64,000 bases of DNA from Anthoceros angustus (lineage: Eukaryota; Plantae; Anthocerotophyta). The DNA lies in assembly GCA_010909165.1 (NCBI GenBank), contig MU008180.1, forward strand, positions 247,884 through 311,883, written 5' to 3'. The notes beneath the pieces are model-generated. The model was given only the letters and a program-made list of their open reading frames with translations, ran no database searches and had not been told where the DNA came from. Numbering within the stretch: position 1 is the first letter of the stretch; each line of letters begins with the position of its first letter. Position numbers and translations under genes: made by a program. Shown piece by piece: positions 35,710 through 49,780 of the stretch.

Positions 35710-38211
35710 TCAAGGTTGTAGATATCTCAGCTCGACAGGCCTGTCCCCGCAGAACTCTCCCTGCTTCTCTCGCAGGGCCCGAGCTGCCTTCAAATACGTG
35801 TCGAAGTGTGCTGCGGCTCGTCTCTCAGGTGGACCCTTACTCCAGGGGACAACCCGGCTGATGATCATGCGACATGGAAGGACGGGAAGTGTGAAGAGTA
35901 TATCAAGAGCAGAGGAAGACATCCAAAACACAACGCCCAGAAGGTAAAACGACGTGAAGAAAGGTGATATGAAGTAATGTCATGGCCGGGTCATACAAGG
36001 AACCGCACCTTCGCAAGATACGCACACCCTGAGATCCCAAGTCGTATCCATGGAAGAATCTGTCCAACTCCTCCGCCGCAGACTCCTTGGGGATGTTGTC
36101 CATCAACAACTGCGGTTGGGATACAGATTGAGACAATGTCAGCCACAATGCAGGTTGAGGAGCAGACACAGGAGTCTCCACAGAAATCAACCCACACAAC
36201 AGTACCACATGGCTATTGGCAGTTTGCACCAAGTTGTTTATTTCGTCCATCTCAAATTCAGAGTCCTGTCACCAGAAAGCACTACTAGCTGAGTGACGGA
36301 GAAACGATCTGAAAATGAGTGGGTACAAAATTGATAGAAGCAGCCCTACCAGCTCCAGCTTCATGAATCTTCCTCCGAGTCGCCCTTTGTCACTGAGTGT
36401 CTTCAGCGCAGTCCTATAGAGATCTTGATTTTTGAATTCAATCTGCCTGAGAGCAATTTCGATCAGATTGCTAACCACGGAGCAGACACATGTAAAGAGG
36501 ACAAAGTGATTAAGACATGGGGCTCTTACATGAACCGTGCCCGGTACTTGTCGTCATAGATGAACTTCAGATCCTGTTCTTCCAAGTTGCAGTCAGAAAA
36601 GTAGCTCATGATGTCAGACTTCAGAGCAAACCTGGGGAGCACTGAGAGTCGTGCAACAACCTTCTCTGGCCAAAAAGCAGTGATCACCTTCATCAGAGTT
36701 CCAGCAGAAAACATTCAGGCAAAGCGCATTGGCCTGACAGCTTCCGCTGAGTTGGACCACGTTTGCCTTTGATCATGCGCTGTTTTGTACATCCTGAGTC
36801 CTTCCGGCACTCACGAAGAGCGAAAGCATGAACAGACAATTGCTGGAAAAAAAAAGCAGAGATGCAGAGCCAGATCACTGGAGTTGAAGAGGCAGAGCGA
36901 GCCAAACTCCTTACTTTCAGGCACCTGCAGATGTCGAGGGAGCACAGGCTCCGATCCCTGCACCGGATCGGTGGCACTCCTGGTGAGGCCCTTCACGATG
37001 TCCTGGATAAGAGGTGACGCACCTCTCCCACTCTGATGGGGCCTGGCACTAATGCCAGGTATTGGGTTATAAGCAGGTTGCCTGGGGCCAGAAACGTTCC
37101 CAGAAACGCTGTCTGACAAGAAAGAAGCCGAGAAGTGGCCAGCATCCTGTTGAGCAGAAAGTTGCGACACAGGCGAACTCTGTCTGGTCTGGATCTCCTG
37201 CTCACCACCTGCTGTGGGCCTGGATTGGAACCGAGTGCCTTGATTCCCTTGCCCGAAGGGCGCAGGTCCACCTCCCCCCGACGATGGAGGACCATGGCTG
37301 AACCATGGCTGCCCATAACCTCCTCCTGACAAAGGAGATCTTTGAGCAGAGCTCCCACCCCCAAAATTGACAGGACCCGAGCCCTGCACGTTGGAACCAG
37401 CCCAGGGCGAAGCAGAAGCACTGCCACCACCAGCCGACACAGGCTGCTGCTGTTGCTGCTGCACTGGGCCCCCTCGTCTTCCCATGGGAGGAAACGACGA
37501 TGTGTTATGACCATACCCAGCGGCGTCCCTCACAAGCGCTGCAGCGTTGGATGGGGAGGCAAACTGACCTACCCCACCGGAATTGGCAGGGGAAGAGCCC
37601 CGGTTATTCGCACCACTCCAAGATGAGGGCGGCGCATTCCTCCCATCCTGCTGGTTCCAGTGCTGGCCGACCGGGTTGCCCTGGATCCCCTGTTGCGGAA
37701 CTCCGTCTCCCTGGCCAGGCGCGAAACCAGCGAACTGGCCAGGCGCCTGCCCGATGTTAGGATTCCCTTGCACGAACTGCGGGGAAGGCGGAGCTCCACT
37801 ACTGCCTTGCAGAAACTGCGCATTCCTACCATCCTGCTGGTTCCAGTGCTGGCCAACCGAGTTGCCCTGGATCCCCTGTTGCGAAACTCCGTTTCCCTGG
37901 CCAGGCCTGAAACCGGCATTAGGATTCCCTTGCACGAACTGCGGGGAAGGCGGAGCTCCGCTGCTACCTTGCAGGAACTGCGCGGAAGGCGCATTTCCTT
38001 GCACGAAGTGCTGGGTGGGAGAATTGCCTTGCGCGAACTGCGAGGACCCTTGCTGCAACTGCTGCTGCTGCTGCTGCAGAGCATCAGCGGGGACGTTGCT
38101 CTGCCAAGCCGCATGCTGCTGCTGCCAGGCCGAGGGCCCCTCCGACGAGGAGAAAGACCGGGCGAGGAGAAGCTGCGAGCGCCATCGCCGGGGCCCAGCC
38201 GCGCGCATCAT
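35710..38211 (-). CDS. Probable mitochondrial protein with a long Q/G/S/P-rich N-terminus and C-terminal RRM-like domains
   Basis: Presequence-like MMRAAGPRRWRSQLLLARSFSSS; duplicated Q/G-rich block; spliced exons LSVLPRFALKSDIMSYFSDCNL, LLMDNIPKESAAEELDRFFHGYDL, AAAHFDTYLKAARALREKQGEFCGDRPVELRYLQP*. Resembles the Arabidopsis At5g02740 type from memory only. Confidence 0.65.
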
Positions 38212-38286
38212 GGCGGCCGTGGATGCAGTCGGGAGACTCCATCATGGAACCATGCCATGGTCGCAGGGGAGCTGCATGACCCCCAG

Positions 38287-38340
38287 TTAGGGTTTTGCGT
38301 AAACCCTAAATCGAGCGGGAGTGAAGAAGCAGAACCCTAA
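38287..38340. promoter_or_regulatory. Three telo-boxes in a 240-bp bidirectional promoter
   Basis: ttagggtttt (38287), aaaccctaaa (38301) and aaccctaa (38333), between ATG 38211 (-) and ATG 38450 (+). Telo-boxes are typical of translation-related genes. Confidence 0.65.
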
Positions 38341-38449
38341 AGACAAATGGGGCTTGTTGGAACAAAAAGGGGAAGACGTGCCCACATTAGGTCTCTTTGA
38401 TTCCTGTCGTCAAGGTGGTGGAAGGCGGAGGAGAAGGAGGGACGGAAGG

Positions 38450-39494
<1,045 letters not shown>

Positions 39495-39793
39495 GCCCTA
39501 CAGAGCTCCCGTCTCCCGTTGGGTTGTGCCATTGTTCTCTCATTTTCTCCTTACGCGGTGCGGACCATTTCTCTCCAATTTTTGTTTTATCATTGGGATG
39601 GTCATGGAAGTTCGCTGTGTCCGTCCCTCCGTTAATCTATTTGGACCGGACTTTGTGCTCTCTGGTCAATGTGTTTCGAACACATCCGATCAAATGGAAA
39701 GGCAAAATCGTTGTGTTGTGGCTGGTTCATCAGAAGATCATGAATGAACTCACTACGTAACTCTTGAGTAGTTTTACCGTCCACCCACCCCCT

Positions 39794-40402
39794 TCAGGGC
39801 CGCCCCCTGAATTTCCACTCTCGCCAGCACATAGGGCAATGTGGCCTGGGACTCTGGGAGTTCACCCACTCAAGGATACAGTGCAAATGGAAGGCGTGGT
39901 TGCAGGCTCCCCAGACTGCAGATGCACACCAGCATTCGGTTACGAGACATGATTCCACGAAAGGGGAAACTTTCTGAAAGTGGGGGAACTTACTGAGGGG
40001 ACAGTCGTCCCCGGGCATTTTACCGTCAGAACAGCAGCCATCGAAGGCCATCCGGCATATGACAGAGGAGTCATCGTTCGCATCCAGTGTCCAAGTCCAT
40101 GACGCAACACCATGCCACCCGCAACTAGAGCCACACAGGGGGTGGCTCAGGCTCCACGTCCTGGGCCTAGCTCACCTTGCCATGAACATCAAGCAATAGA
40201 GACTGCAGCGTACTCTGATGACATTGTTTCACGATCGGAGGAGGCACCTGGTCAAGAGAGACAAGGCAGCCAAAGTTTCCGCACCGAACCAATCCGGCAA
40301 TGCAACAAACTCCACATTTCAACGTAAAAAGACGGAGACAACGCAAAGCACAAGGCGCCTGGCGGCAAGCAGCGGCAGGATACTGAGGATCTTCACTTTC
40401 AT
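39794..40402 (-). pseudogene. APC11: Degenerate APC11 RING-H2 paralogue
   Basis: MKVKIL|WHGVASWTWTLDANDDSSVICRMAFDGCCSDGKMPGDDCPL|VWGACNHAFHLHCILEWVN...CPMCWREW. Two conserved Cys are replaced and the in-frame acceptor of intron 1 reads GG rather than AG. Confidence 0.75.
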
Positions 40403-40623
40403 GTCAAGAGGTTGGGAAGTCCAGCAGCTCGCGATTTTTGAAAGAGAACCACGGGGGAAAGCCTGGGAGTCCCCTTACTTGCCTGTTATTAACTGATGTC
40501 AGAAACTATGCACGACCTAATATGCCAGCCCTAGCGAAGTGAACCCTAATAATAAGAAGACTCCCTGCTCTTCATCCGGTCCTTTCTTCCTGCGCCTCCT
40601 CTGAACATCGCTGCTCCGGCACC

Positions 40624-41280
40624 ATGAAATTCAGCAGAGTGAGCAGCTCGAGGCGCAAGTCTCGGCGGGACCACTTCAAGGCTCCGTCGAGCGTGAGGCG
40701 CATTTTGATGAGCGCCGCACTGTCTTCGGACTTGAAGAACAAATACAACGTAAGAGGGGTCCCAGTTGTGTGCCTTGCTAGGGTTCTTTTGTATCCCCGT
40801 GTTTCCGTTTGTTGTGAGATTTAATCATTTGTGCTTTGTGCAGGTGCGGTCCGTTCCGGTAAGGAAGGATGACGAGGTGATGGTTGTGCGCGGACCTCAC
40901 AAGGGGCAAGAGGGCAAGGTTGTCCAGGTGTACAGGAGGAAGTGGGTTGTGCACATCGAGCGCATCACGCGTGAGAAAGTGAACGGTAAGGACTTTAGGT
41001 TTTCGTAGCTGAGCTGTTTGCTGTGCTCGTCTTGAGATTCAGGTATGCCGAGCAGTGCCCGGGCGATTGTTTAACTGATCATGGGCATTTCATTTACGGG
41101 AGAGCAGGCGCAACGGTGAACGTTGGAATTCACCCGTCCAAGGTGGTCATCACCAAGTTGAAGCTCGACAAGGATAGGAAGTCCTTGTTGGACAGAAAGG
41201 GCAAGGGCCGAGCCGCGGAGAAGGGCAAGGGGAAATTCACTGCCGAGGATGTTGCGGCCCCGCTTCAGGAAGTCGATTAG
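40624..41280 (+). CDS. RPL26: 60S ribosomal protein L26 (uL24), 3 exons
   Basis: [34 protein letters not shown]..., [62 protein letters not shown]. Telo-box at about 40541. Confidence 0.98.
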
Positions 41281-41975
41281 ATGTCAATTGTGTGTGTGAT
41301 TCAGAAAACATTTTGATTAATGAGATGTTTTTTGGTCCTGCATGACGATGAGCGTGTTGATGTGGCCCCAGTTCCTGCGTCCTGGTGTGCTGTCACCGTT
41401 GTCTGCGATTGTTGACAACTTAGCCCTTGGGCTGTGCCCCGGTGCGGGAGAATCTCCCCTTGGCTTCTTGTGCTTTTGAACAAGTTAAACGTATCTCGTC
41501 TTTTTTAGTCATTGTTGTTCTAGTCTTGTTTATCTTTTTTGAGATACCGTGTGCCCGGACTGGGTACATTGCTTCGAGGTGGTTGTTAGCGCCTCGTCGC
41601 TTTCCACTGTGCGCTCGTTCCTTTTCTTCAGGTGGCGATTCCGCTGCTCTCATCGACAACCATTCTTACTCAGGAATGTATGGGAAATTGCCCAAGCCAA
41701 ATTTCCAAGTTTCAAAAACAGAAGACCCTTTTCCCAGGTAGAACATGTCTTGCCAGGAAAAGGAGGTTCCTACCCGCTGCTTTGTCGAGGTCACCTTTTA
41801 CCCATAAACCTTGACCGTCTCTATCATCTCCCTCTGTAGTTTTCCGGTTTGCATTGCGGGGTTGAGTCCTAATCAGTTTCTGGGGCTGGGTGCTCTCTTG
41901 CGTCATCCTTCAGCCGTGCGGTGGACTGTCATCAGTTTGCCACAATTTGGGTCCCAGCCATTCAGTTTGTAGCCC

Positions 41976-43949
41976 ATGGCTTTCGGGAATGCAAGGATGC
42001 TGATGCTTGCCCAATTGCTGACGCTTCAGTTGCTATGCCTTCCAGTCTGGAAAGCCTTCTCTATACGGTTGGTGCATGAACAACACCGTCCGTCGCTCAA
42101 GCAACCCACAGAGAGGCTGAGAGACCACAAGGAAGCATTTCCCATCGTGACCGACAGGCCTCTCATAGGAATTCTGTCTCAGCCCGGGGATGGGGATGGC
42201 AAGATCATCATCCATAAGCTCTACCCTACTGACCCTGAGAATTCCACCATATCCTACATAGCTGCCTCGTATGTCAAGTTTGTGGAGGCTGCGGGTGCGA
42301 GAGCCGTGCCTCTGATTTACAACGAGCCTGACGAGATCCTGGAAAGGGTAATAAGTCTCACCGCAGGATGTCCCTTCCTGATCGAACAGGTTCACTGGAA
42401 CGACATTTTGTGCTTTGCAGAAATTCGCCGCCATCAACGGAATTCTCTTCCCAGGCGGATCAGCCTCGCTGCAAGAGGGCCCATTCTATCGGACTGCAGA
42501 AAAGCTCTTCAAGGTTTGCAAGTTATTGATCAGCGGTAGCTTGTTCATGTCTACGTCACATTGCGAATTTTTGACACTGGCGTCTGCCTGTTTCAGATGG
42601 CTATAGCGGCAAACGACAAGGGAGACTACTTTCCTGTCTGGGGCACATGCTTGGGATACGAGCTTCTTTGCATCATCATAAGTCAGGTACCTTTGGCTTC
42701 TCTGTTTCTCAGAACTTAGAGGTTACGACTAGAAGACTAACATTCAACAGTAAATATGTGGAAAGTACAAAGTTCGGAGGAGGAATGTTTCTAACGCGTA
42801 CTTGCTCTGCAGGACCATGACATCCTTGAGGATTTCAATGCACAGCAAAAACCGGCTCCACTGAACTTCAAAGGTGACTGGGCCAAAAATCGGAATTTGT
42901 TTAAATGGTAAGGACTTTCCCTGCTCTCTCTGCTTAAAGGAGGTCAAGGCAGACAGACTGTTCAACACAGGTATTTCTGGGCTCCTCATGGCAAACCACT
43001 ACAGGATCCCCAAGGATGTGGTCGACAAGCTGAATCACAAGGATCTTGCCATGGAGAATCATAAGGTAAACAAGCATTCTGATCTGTGTATCTGATTAGC
43101 AATGGGCGAAGGTTGGCATACAAGGTAAAATATGAGGTCCAACCAGGTGATTTGTGTCGCAGTTTGGCCTCACACCTGAGAAGTTCAGTGCCACAGAGTC
43201 ATTGGCAAGTTTCTTTGAAGTACTGACAACAACGCCGGACAACAACAATAAGGTGTGTGACGAATAGAAGGATATGGTATCATTCCAGAGCACAGCTTCC
43301 TGAGGCTTCGTAGCTTTCCTGCGTCTGACTTCCTCCTTCGTTCCAGGTTTATGTGTCCACTGTCGAGTCCTACAGGTATCCAGTAACTGGAGTTCAATGG
43401 CATCCTGAGGTACAGTCCCTGAGAGAAAGCCCATCGGATGCGCTCTGAATACCGCAGAACGGCCACAAACATGGACCTTGTTCTGCTAACCTTTTCACCA
43501 ACTTGTACTGACACCAACTTTTGCTGACACCAGAAACATGCATTTGAGTGGGGAGTAGCTTCAATACCTCACAGTGCCGATGCTGTGAGTGTCACCCAAG
43601 GAGCAGCTAACTTCTTCGTCAGGTAACCCGTCTCTGAACCGTGCCTGCCACCGCCACTAGTTTTGACCAAAGCTTATATGTCAGCTACGATTAACCAGCA
43701 GTAACCCTGTGTTATACAGCGAGGCTCGGAAATCAGGTCACAAACCATCGTCACAAACCGAGGAACAAGAAATTCTCATCTACAACTACGAGCCAGTCTA
43801 CTCTGGCAAGGACGGGTGGGTGGGTGATTTGCTGTACACCATTGTTCTATAGGAGGGAAGAGCCTTTTCATTTGCTTTGATTGTTGACAAACTGACAAAG
43901 GCCTTATCACAGGAATGAGTTCTTCGACCAGTCTTACGTGTTCTACTAA
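41976..43949 (+). CDS. GGH: Gamma-glutamyl hydrolase (peptidase C26), multi-exon
   Basis: RPLIGILSQPGDG, SYIAASYVKFVEAAGARAVPLIY, NGILFPGG, FPVWGTCLGYE (catalytic Cys), YPVTGVQWHPE, KNAFEW, FFDQSYVFY*. Confidence 0.95.
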
Positions 43950-44476
43950 GCAGAGGCTTGAAAGTTGCTGGTGTTGGACTTAAAGCTCCTGCTCTGGCCA
44001 ACTGTAAGGTGGGAGGTGCAAATTCCCACAACTTGCAGATAGCAAAGTTTCTTTTACAGAATATAACCTGTGACAAGATACCTTGTGCTGCCAGACATGT
44101 CACCTTCATTCCTGAGGAAGATGGTAACATGCAGCAATCCACCCATGGCCACATATCATCCTGTGCCGTTTGAATCAGAATTGGTAATTCATGTAGCAGC
44201 GTGACAATATTTCACTATACAAGCCTGATGACCATCAAATGTCTGATTCCGTTGCAAGTCTGCTCCAGTCCGAGGACAACCACAAAAAGGCGGCCGTTCA
44301 GCTAAGACAAGGAGCTAGCGGATAAGGTCATATAGGGGTAAGCCAAATGAGATTTCGATTCCGTTGCAAGGCTGGTAACAAGCCACAAAACGGGCGTCCA
44401 GCCAAGACAATGAGCTAATGGCTAAGCTGAAGTAGAGCCCAAAATAAAATAAAACTGTACGATCTGTACACGATGT

Positions 44477-45858
44477 TCAAGGGTACTGCCCGCCCTCGTA
44501 GGTGACGCCGAAGGTCCAGTCCGCGGGGGCCACGTTCCAGGTGGTGAGAACCTGGCCGGTCGTGGAGTTAAGCTGGAAAGAGAGCGCCTGGTTCACCAGA
44601 GACTGGAAAACCTGGAAGGAGGCTCCCCAATTGTGGGACATGGGGATCCAGTCCGTGTTGGATCCCTTGATGGAAGCAGTGTCGATGTCGCCGGCGCCGC
44701 CCACGTTGGTGATGAGCACCAGATGCCACCAGGTGTTTCCCAGGATGGTGAACTTGACGCCGCCCAGCTTCACACACGGGACCCTGCAGTTCCCAGTTGA
44801 CACAAAACGTGCATCAGCAATGCCATGTACAGCAGATCTAGCCTCTAGAGCAGAGCAGAAGAGAAAGAGAGCTGGACTTGGAGCATTGCTGACCTGCGGT
44901 ACGTGACGGGGACGATGCCGGCCACCTCCTGCGCGATCTGCTGGAAGGCGGGCATGGAGAGGTCGAAGTGCTTGAGGGGGGGATTGCACCACCCGCCGTT
45001 GTCGTTGGGCTTGGAGTAGTCGGCGGGGCAGAGGTTGGTGGCGGTCACCGTGATCACCGCGTTCGGGGTGCACCACTTGCTGTCGATGCACTGGATCTGG
45101 TAGCACTGCCCGCACGAGAACCCGTTGTTGAAGAGCACCTCGCTCAGAGCCGTGGTCTGCAGGCCGTAGCCCTGCGCCATGAGGTCGCCGTAGCCGCACG
45201 CCCCGCCTGCGCCCACATCAAGTCCGCACACCGTTAGGAATCAGGATCCGGTCACCGGGGTGCGGGATCACTCCAGGTCCGAAGACGGGGGTTCACCGAA
45301 CGTGGCCGAGCCGCTGGGGTCGCCGTAGAACGTGGCGTGCGCGTCGTTGGCCCAGGCCCCGGTTGTGAACGGCGCGAGGGGGTTTGTGGGGAGGTTGGGG
45401 AGGTTGGGGAGATCGGGGAGGCCGGGCAGAGCCGCCAGACTGATCGCCGAGCCGAAGGGGAGATGGGGCTTCACGTGGACTGGCAGGGATGGCAGCTTCA
45501 CGGGCGTCTGCAGCTTGGGCTTGGGCAGCGACGGGAACGGAGTCGTCACCTTGGGAGGCTGCTTGTTGATGGGCTTCTTGGGCTTGGGAGCTGCTTCTGG
45601 GGCTCGAGGCAGCTTGGGAGCCGGCTTCTTGAAGTCAGGCTTCTTGAGCCCCGCGATCGGCTTCGGATTCAGCTTCGCCTTGGGCTTGGGGGCCTGCTTC
45701 CTCACGGCCTCCTTCTTGGGCAGCTTCTTCTTCAGGTCCAGGGCGCTGGCAGAGTCTGACATGTGCGCCAGCATGATGACCGCCACCATAACCGCAAGTG
45801 CCAGCCATGTGCGCAGGCTTCCGCGAGCCGCTGGCATGGATCTCGTGGCTGCAGCCAT
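44477..45858 (-). CDS. EXPA: Alpha-expansin with a long Lys/Pro-rich N-terminal extension (3 exons)
   Basis: Signal peptide, K/P-rich linker, [84 protein letters not shown]. Confidence 0.95.
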
Positions 45859-47037
45859 GGCGGATCGCCCACTGCAGGCCAGCCTGCTAGCGCGAATCCG
45901 AGGTCCCGATGTCCTGCACCCGCTGCCTCAGCTCCACATGACGGGCTCCCCGCTCCAGGCTCCAGAAGCTGCCTGCAATGGGCCCGGGCGAGGGATATCC
46001 TGCAAGCAGCCGAGGTGCATTGCTCAGCACAATGTCACAACACATGACAACATACATCCAGAAATGTATGCACCTAGTCTGTCCAGCTCATGTTCTGTCA
46101 AAAGGATCGATCCATGTCTTCACATACCGGAGACGAGATGGAGACGCACGATTTGGAAGCAAAGATCAGGAGTAGCTGCAGCAGGGGCAGAGGCCGAGCT
46201 GCTGGTGTGAGGAATCTGAAGCACTTGCGACCTCAGTTTGGAGGCACACAACTACTTGTAGGGAGAGGCCTGAGCTTGAATGTGAAGGTTGCATTATAAG
46301 GCAGCCGAGTGCGCCTCTCCTCCTAAAGCGTTGCTAATCCAGGACGTGCGCCCACGCCCTTGCTTTCTATTTGCAAGGGTGAAACCCGGAGCCGAGTGCA
46401 GCCAATTGTGGGTCACCACAGACCGCCGCTACAAATATGTCCACCACGTCAATTACAGTACCCACCTGAACTGCCCTTCCCGCGCCTTCGTCAGGTCCCA
46501 CAAGCTTACGACCCGTCTCCAGGCCCCAATGGGGGCATCTCATGTCATGGCATGGAAGGGCGGGATAGGAGATAGCCTGATAGGCAACCGGTCGGAACCG
46601 GATCATGTGATCATGTTGCGTGATGTGTGATATGGGCATGTGGCGTGGATGCATTAAAGTGGAATACATTAGTACGTTCAAGTTTAATGCTCTCACAATA
46701 TATGTGCGGATCATGTTTTCTAGAAAAAGGTAAAGTGGGCGATTTATTTTATTATTAATTTTAGATAAGATAGACTATGTTCTAGATGCAAACTAATTAG
46801 ACCTTCCTTAAAGAGTGATGCAGTAGCAATGAGTTCATTGAAACTTCATGGTCCATTCAAGATCCCTATTAAGCCTCTCAACATCTTCTAGCAGATTATT
46901 CTCCCCTCATATAAGTATCCTCTAGGGTCCTCTAGATTAAGGGGAATGTAAATACTTACCTACCCATTAGCAAAAAAAATTAATTAGCACTAGCCAATCG
47001 TACGGATAGATCCATCATCCATCTAGATAACAACAAG

Positions 47038-47616
47038 TTATGCATTAGCTGCTCTAATTATATAACAGAGAATAATCATGAGTACAAAAAGTATAACAAT
47101 TGTTCCTATAATCCTACAAACGTTAGTAATGATAATAGGACGTTGCGAGATTTGAGGGGTATTTGAATTTCTTCTTGTACTGCTAATTTCCATGTTTTGA
47201 GCACCTAAATAGCTCATTTGATTCATCCTCCATAGATGTATGCGTTCTGCGCTCCAAAAAGTATCGTCATGTGTAGGTTTGACTCTAGAAACATCTTCCA
47301 CCCCTAAAACACCATCGAGTGTTTCACTCCTCACACTCATAGACTCAACGGGCATGTCTTCTGAAGCTAATGTGAGACTCCAAAAAGTAGCTTCATCTGT
47401 AGTTTGCACCCTTGAAATACTTTGATGTGTTGAGCTTTGTACAGTCTCATACTCAGGGGATACATCTTCTAAATGTGTTGTCAGAAGACTATCGACATGC
47501 ATCTCTTTCTTACAAGCGTGTTTGAGCATATGTGTCGATAAGAATGCGTGACCTTTCTTAGAATTGTTCAAATCTTCTTGCACATAGGTCGAGCTTGGAA
47601 TAAAATATTTTTTCAA
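47038..47616 (-). CDS. Orphan 192-aa ORF with a C-terminal transmembrane anchor, in an AT-rich island
   Basis: Long ORF for such AT-rich DNA; internal repeat (SRVQTTDEATFWS / SRVKPTHDDTFWS); hydrophobic IIGTIVILFVLMIILCYII at the C-terminus. No family recognised. Confidence 0.4.
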   Translation of the reverse strand: MKKYFIPSSTYVQEDLNNSKKGHAFLSTHMLKHACKKEMHVDSLLTTHLEDVSPEYETVQSSTHQSISRVQTTDEATFWSLTLASEDMPVESMSVRSETLDGVLGVEDVSRVKPTHDDTFWSAERIHLWRMNQMSYLGAQNMEISSTRRNSNTPQISQRPIIITNVCRIIGTIVILFVLMIILCYIIRAANA

Positions 47617-48229
47617 TATATTGTCAATGCTCCTTTCTAGCTCTGTCCATCATATATGAGTATGTTAAACAAGACTTTAACCAAGTATTATATTCCAATT
47701 TGAAGAAGTTGATAACAGATTTTTGTTTCACCTCTCACATCTATCATGAATATATCATGACTTTCTTTGGTATAAGCATCTTGAGGAGTAATAATCTCCA
47801 TCATGTGACTATAATTATAAGAGTAGTCTTGCAATCTGATAAAAAAAACTGGAGGAACATGTTTTTTGGTATGAGAGACTATCAAAATTTTCACTCACTT
47901 CCAATTCAAAGGCCTTAAGAGTTTATCATTGTTAACTTATGTGTTTACATACCACCGTAGAAGTTTGAGCTTGCGTGTTCGACTCGTCCTCCAAGTACGT
48001 CCCGCAATGGTCAAACAAACACAAAAATTTTCAACCTACTACCTATGAATGCCCACATCTTGATAGTATGCAATATATAGTTCAAAGAGTTGCACATTTG
48101 CTTAGACAAGCACTTTTACCTGTAATGTAGAAGATGACCGTACGTTTTGCACTAAGTTAAGAAAAATTGTTACTGCATACTCCCCCAAACTGAGCACTCC
48201 TCCAAAATGAGCTATCTCTTACGTCAAAG

Positions 48230-48411
48230 GTAGTATTTATTGTGAGCAATTAGGACTCATATATAGTTTTAAAGCTTTGGACATCTCGATCATGAATTAA
48301 TATTGTTGAAATTGATTGAAGTAGTATTTATTGTGAACAATTAGGACTCATATATAGTTTTAAAGCTTTGGACATCTCGATCATGAATTAATATTGTTGA
48401 AATTGATTGAA
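48230..48411. repeat. 91-bp tandem duplication
   Basis: gtagtatttattgtga(g/a)caattaggactcatatatagttttaaagctttggacatctcg...attgattgaa at 48230 and 48321, near-identical. Confidence 0.9.
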
Positions 48412-48794
48412 GATTATCGAGACTTCTACAAAATGAACAATCTCCAATGCATCAAAGTTATTATTTATTATGAAGAACTAAGAGTAATAGACAATGTTTA
48501 TTGCTGAACCACATCTCAGTCATGAGTCAATATTGTTGAAATTAGCTGAAAATGATTGAGATGAGGAAAAAAATCATATTATTGAGATGAGAAAAATTTC
48601 ACACTATTATTACGCTAAAACAATTCACATTACCGACTCAACTCTTATGAATTCTATTTTATAATTTTATAATGGGCTCCAATATTTTGGCCTATACATT
48701 ATGATAATCCATTAGTAGACTAAGGACTAAAACCTTTTTCTTCTTATTATTATTTTTCTTCCATTGAGACCCATATTTTGATATGAAGTATAAG

Positions 48795-48890
48795 AACGTG
48801 TAGACTTTATATAGAAAAAGAGATGAAAAATCGCATCTACCCCGAGACGAAGAGGAACAACCCATTAGAGGGCTTTAGGCCAAGGGGAGG
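48795..48890 (+). repeat. Dispersed short repeat, copy C
   Basis: aacgtgtagactttatatagaaaaagagatgaaaaatcgcatctaccccgagacgaagaggaacaaccc...aggccaagggg aligns with copy B. Confidence 0.7.
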
Positions 48891-49780
48891 AGCGGGACCA
48901 AGCAAAGTATAAGCATATCTTGAACTAATTGAAAAAATAAAGAGAAATGACTTTTCAAGCATGTTTATGAAAGCTTTTCCTTTCTTATTCCAAAAATTGC
49001 AAACAATAGATTTTTCAAAGGTAGTGGTGGAAGGGATGAATTCAGGTTTTAGTTGGGTTGATAATTAAGCATTACATGGATGATAATAATTTTGCAGCCA
49101 TGGACTCTAGAATAAAACTTCAATTCATACTTTGGTTGGACTTGTACATGTGATAAAAATTAACCTAGTCCACTCTATATAAAAACTAGCAATAGTAATC
49201 CCCATGTTACTTGTTTTCTTGTTGGTAGTAGGACTTTAATAGTTCTGCTAAAACTTGCAGAAACAATGCTTGGTATTCTTAGAGGTTAGGATAAATGCAT
49301 TTCTCATTGTTTGCTGTGGTTGACATTGTAAAGTTGAGTTGCATTTTCAACCAAATTTTAGGGTAGCTATGTATTTCATTTCTTATTGTAGTTGACATCC
49401 ATAGAGTTTAGCTGAATTTTCATTGCTTGTAGGAGATAGTCGAATAGGGTGGAGGCACAGTATGGTATACCACTTTATGTGGGGATGGACGCAACGAAAA
49501 GTAGGTACTTATTATGTCCACATTATCTTTCAGATAATTCTCAACCCTCGAAAACTGGTTTTATTGTCTAAAAATTTCTCCGTAACTTGAAATTATTAAT
49601 TATAAATATTTAATAAATAATTATATAATTATTTTATATTTGAAGCGGCTAGCACATGCTGTACATAGTTCACTTTTGCAACTTTGACTACTTTTGCCTT
49701 ATTACAAAATATGGTCTACCTAAGGGTGCATGCACCCAATAAGTACATTATTTTTGTAATTGTACAACGACAGAGTCACA

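Noticed and set aside
36660-36780. Non-canonical GC-AG intron in the RRM-like gene
   Set aside because: A canonical GT-AG intron from about 36914 to about 36667 joins the exons in frame.
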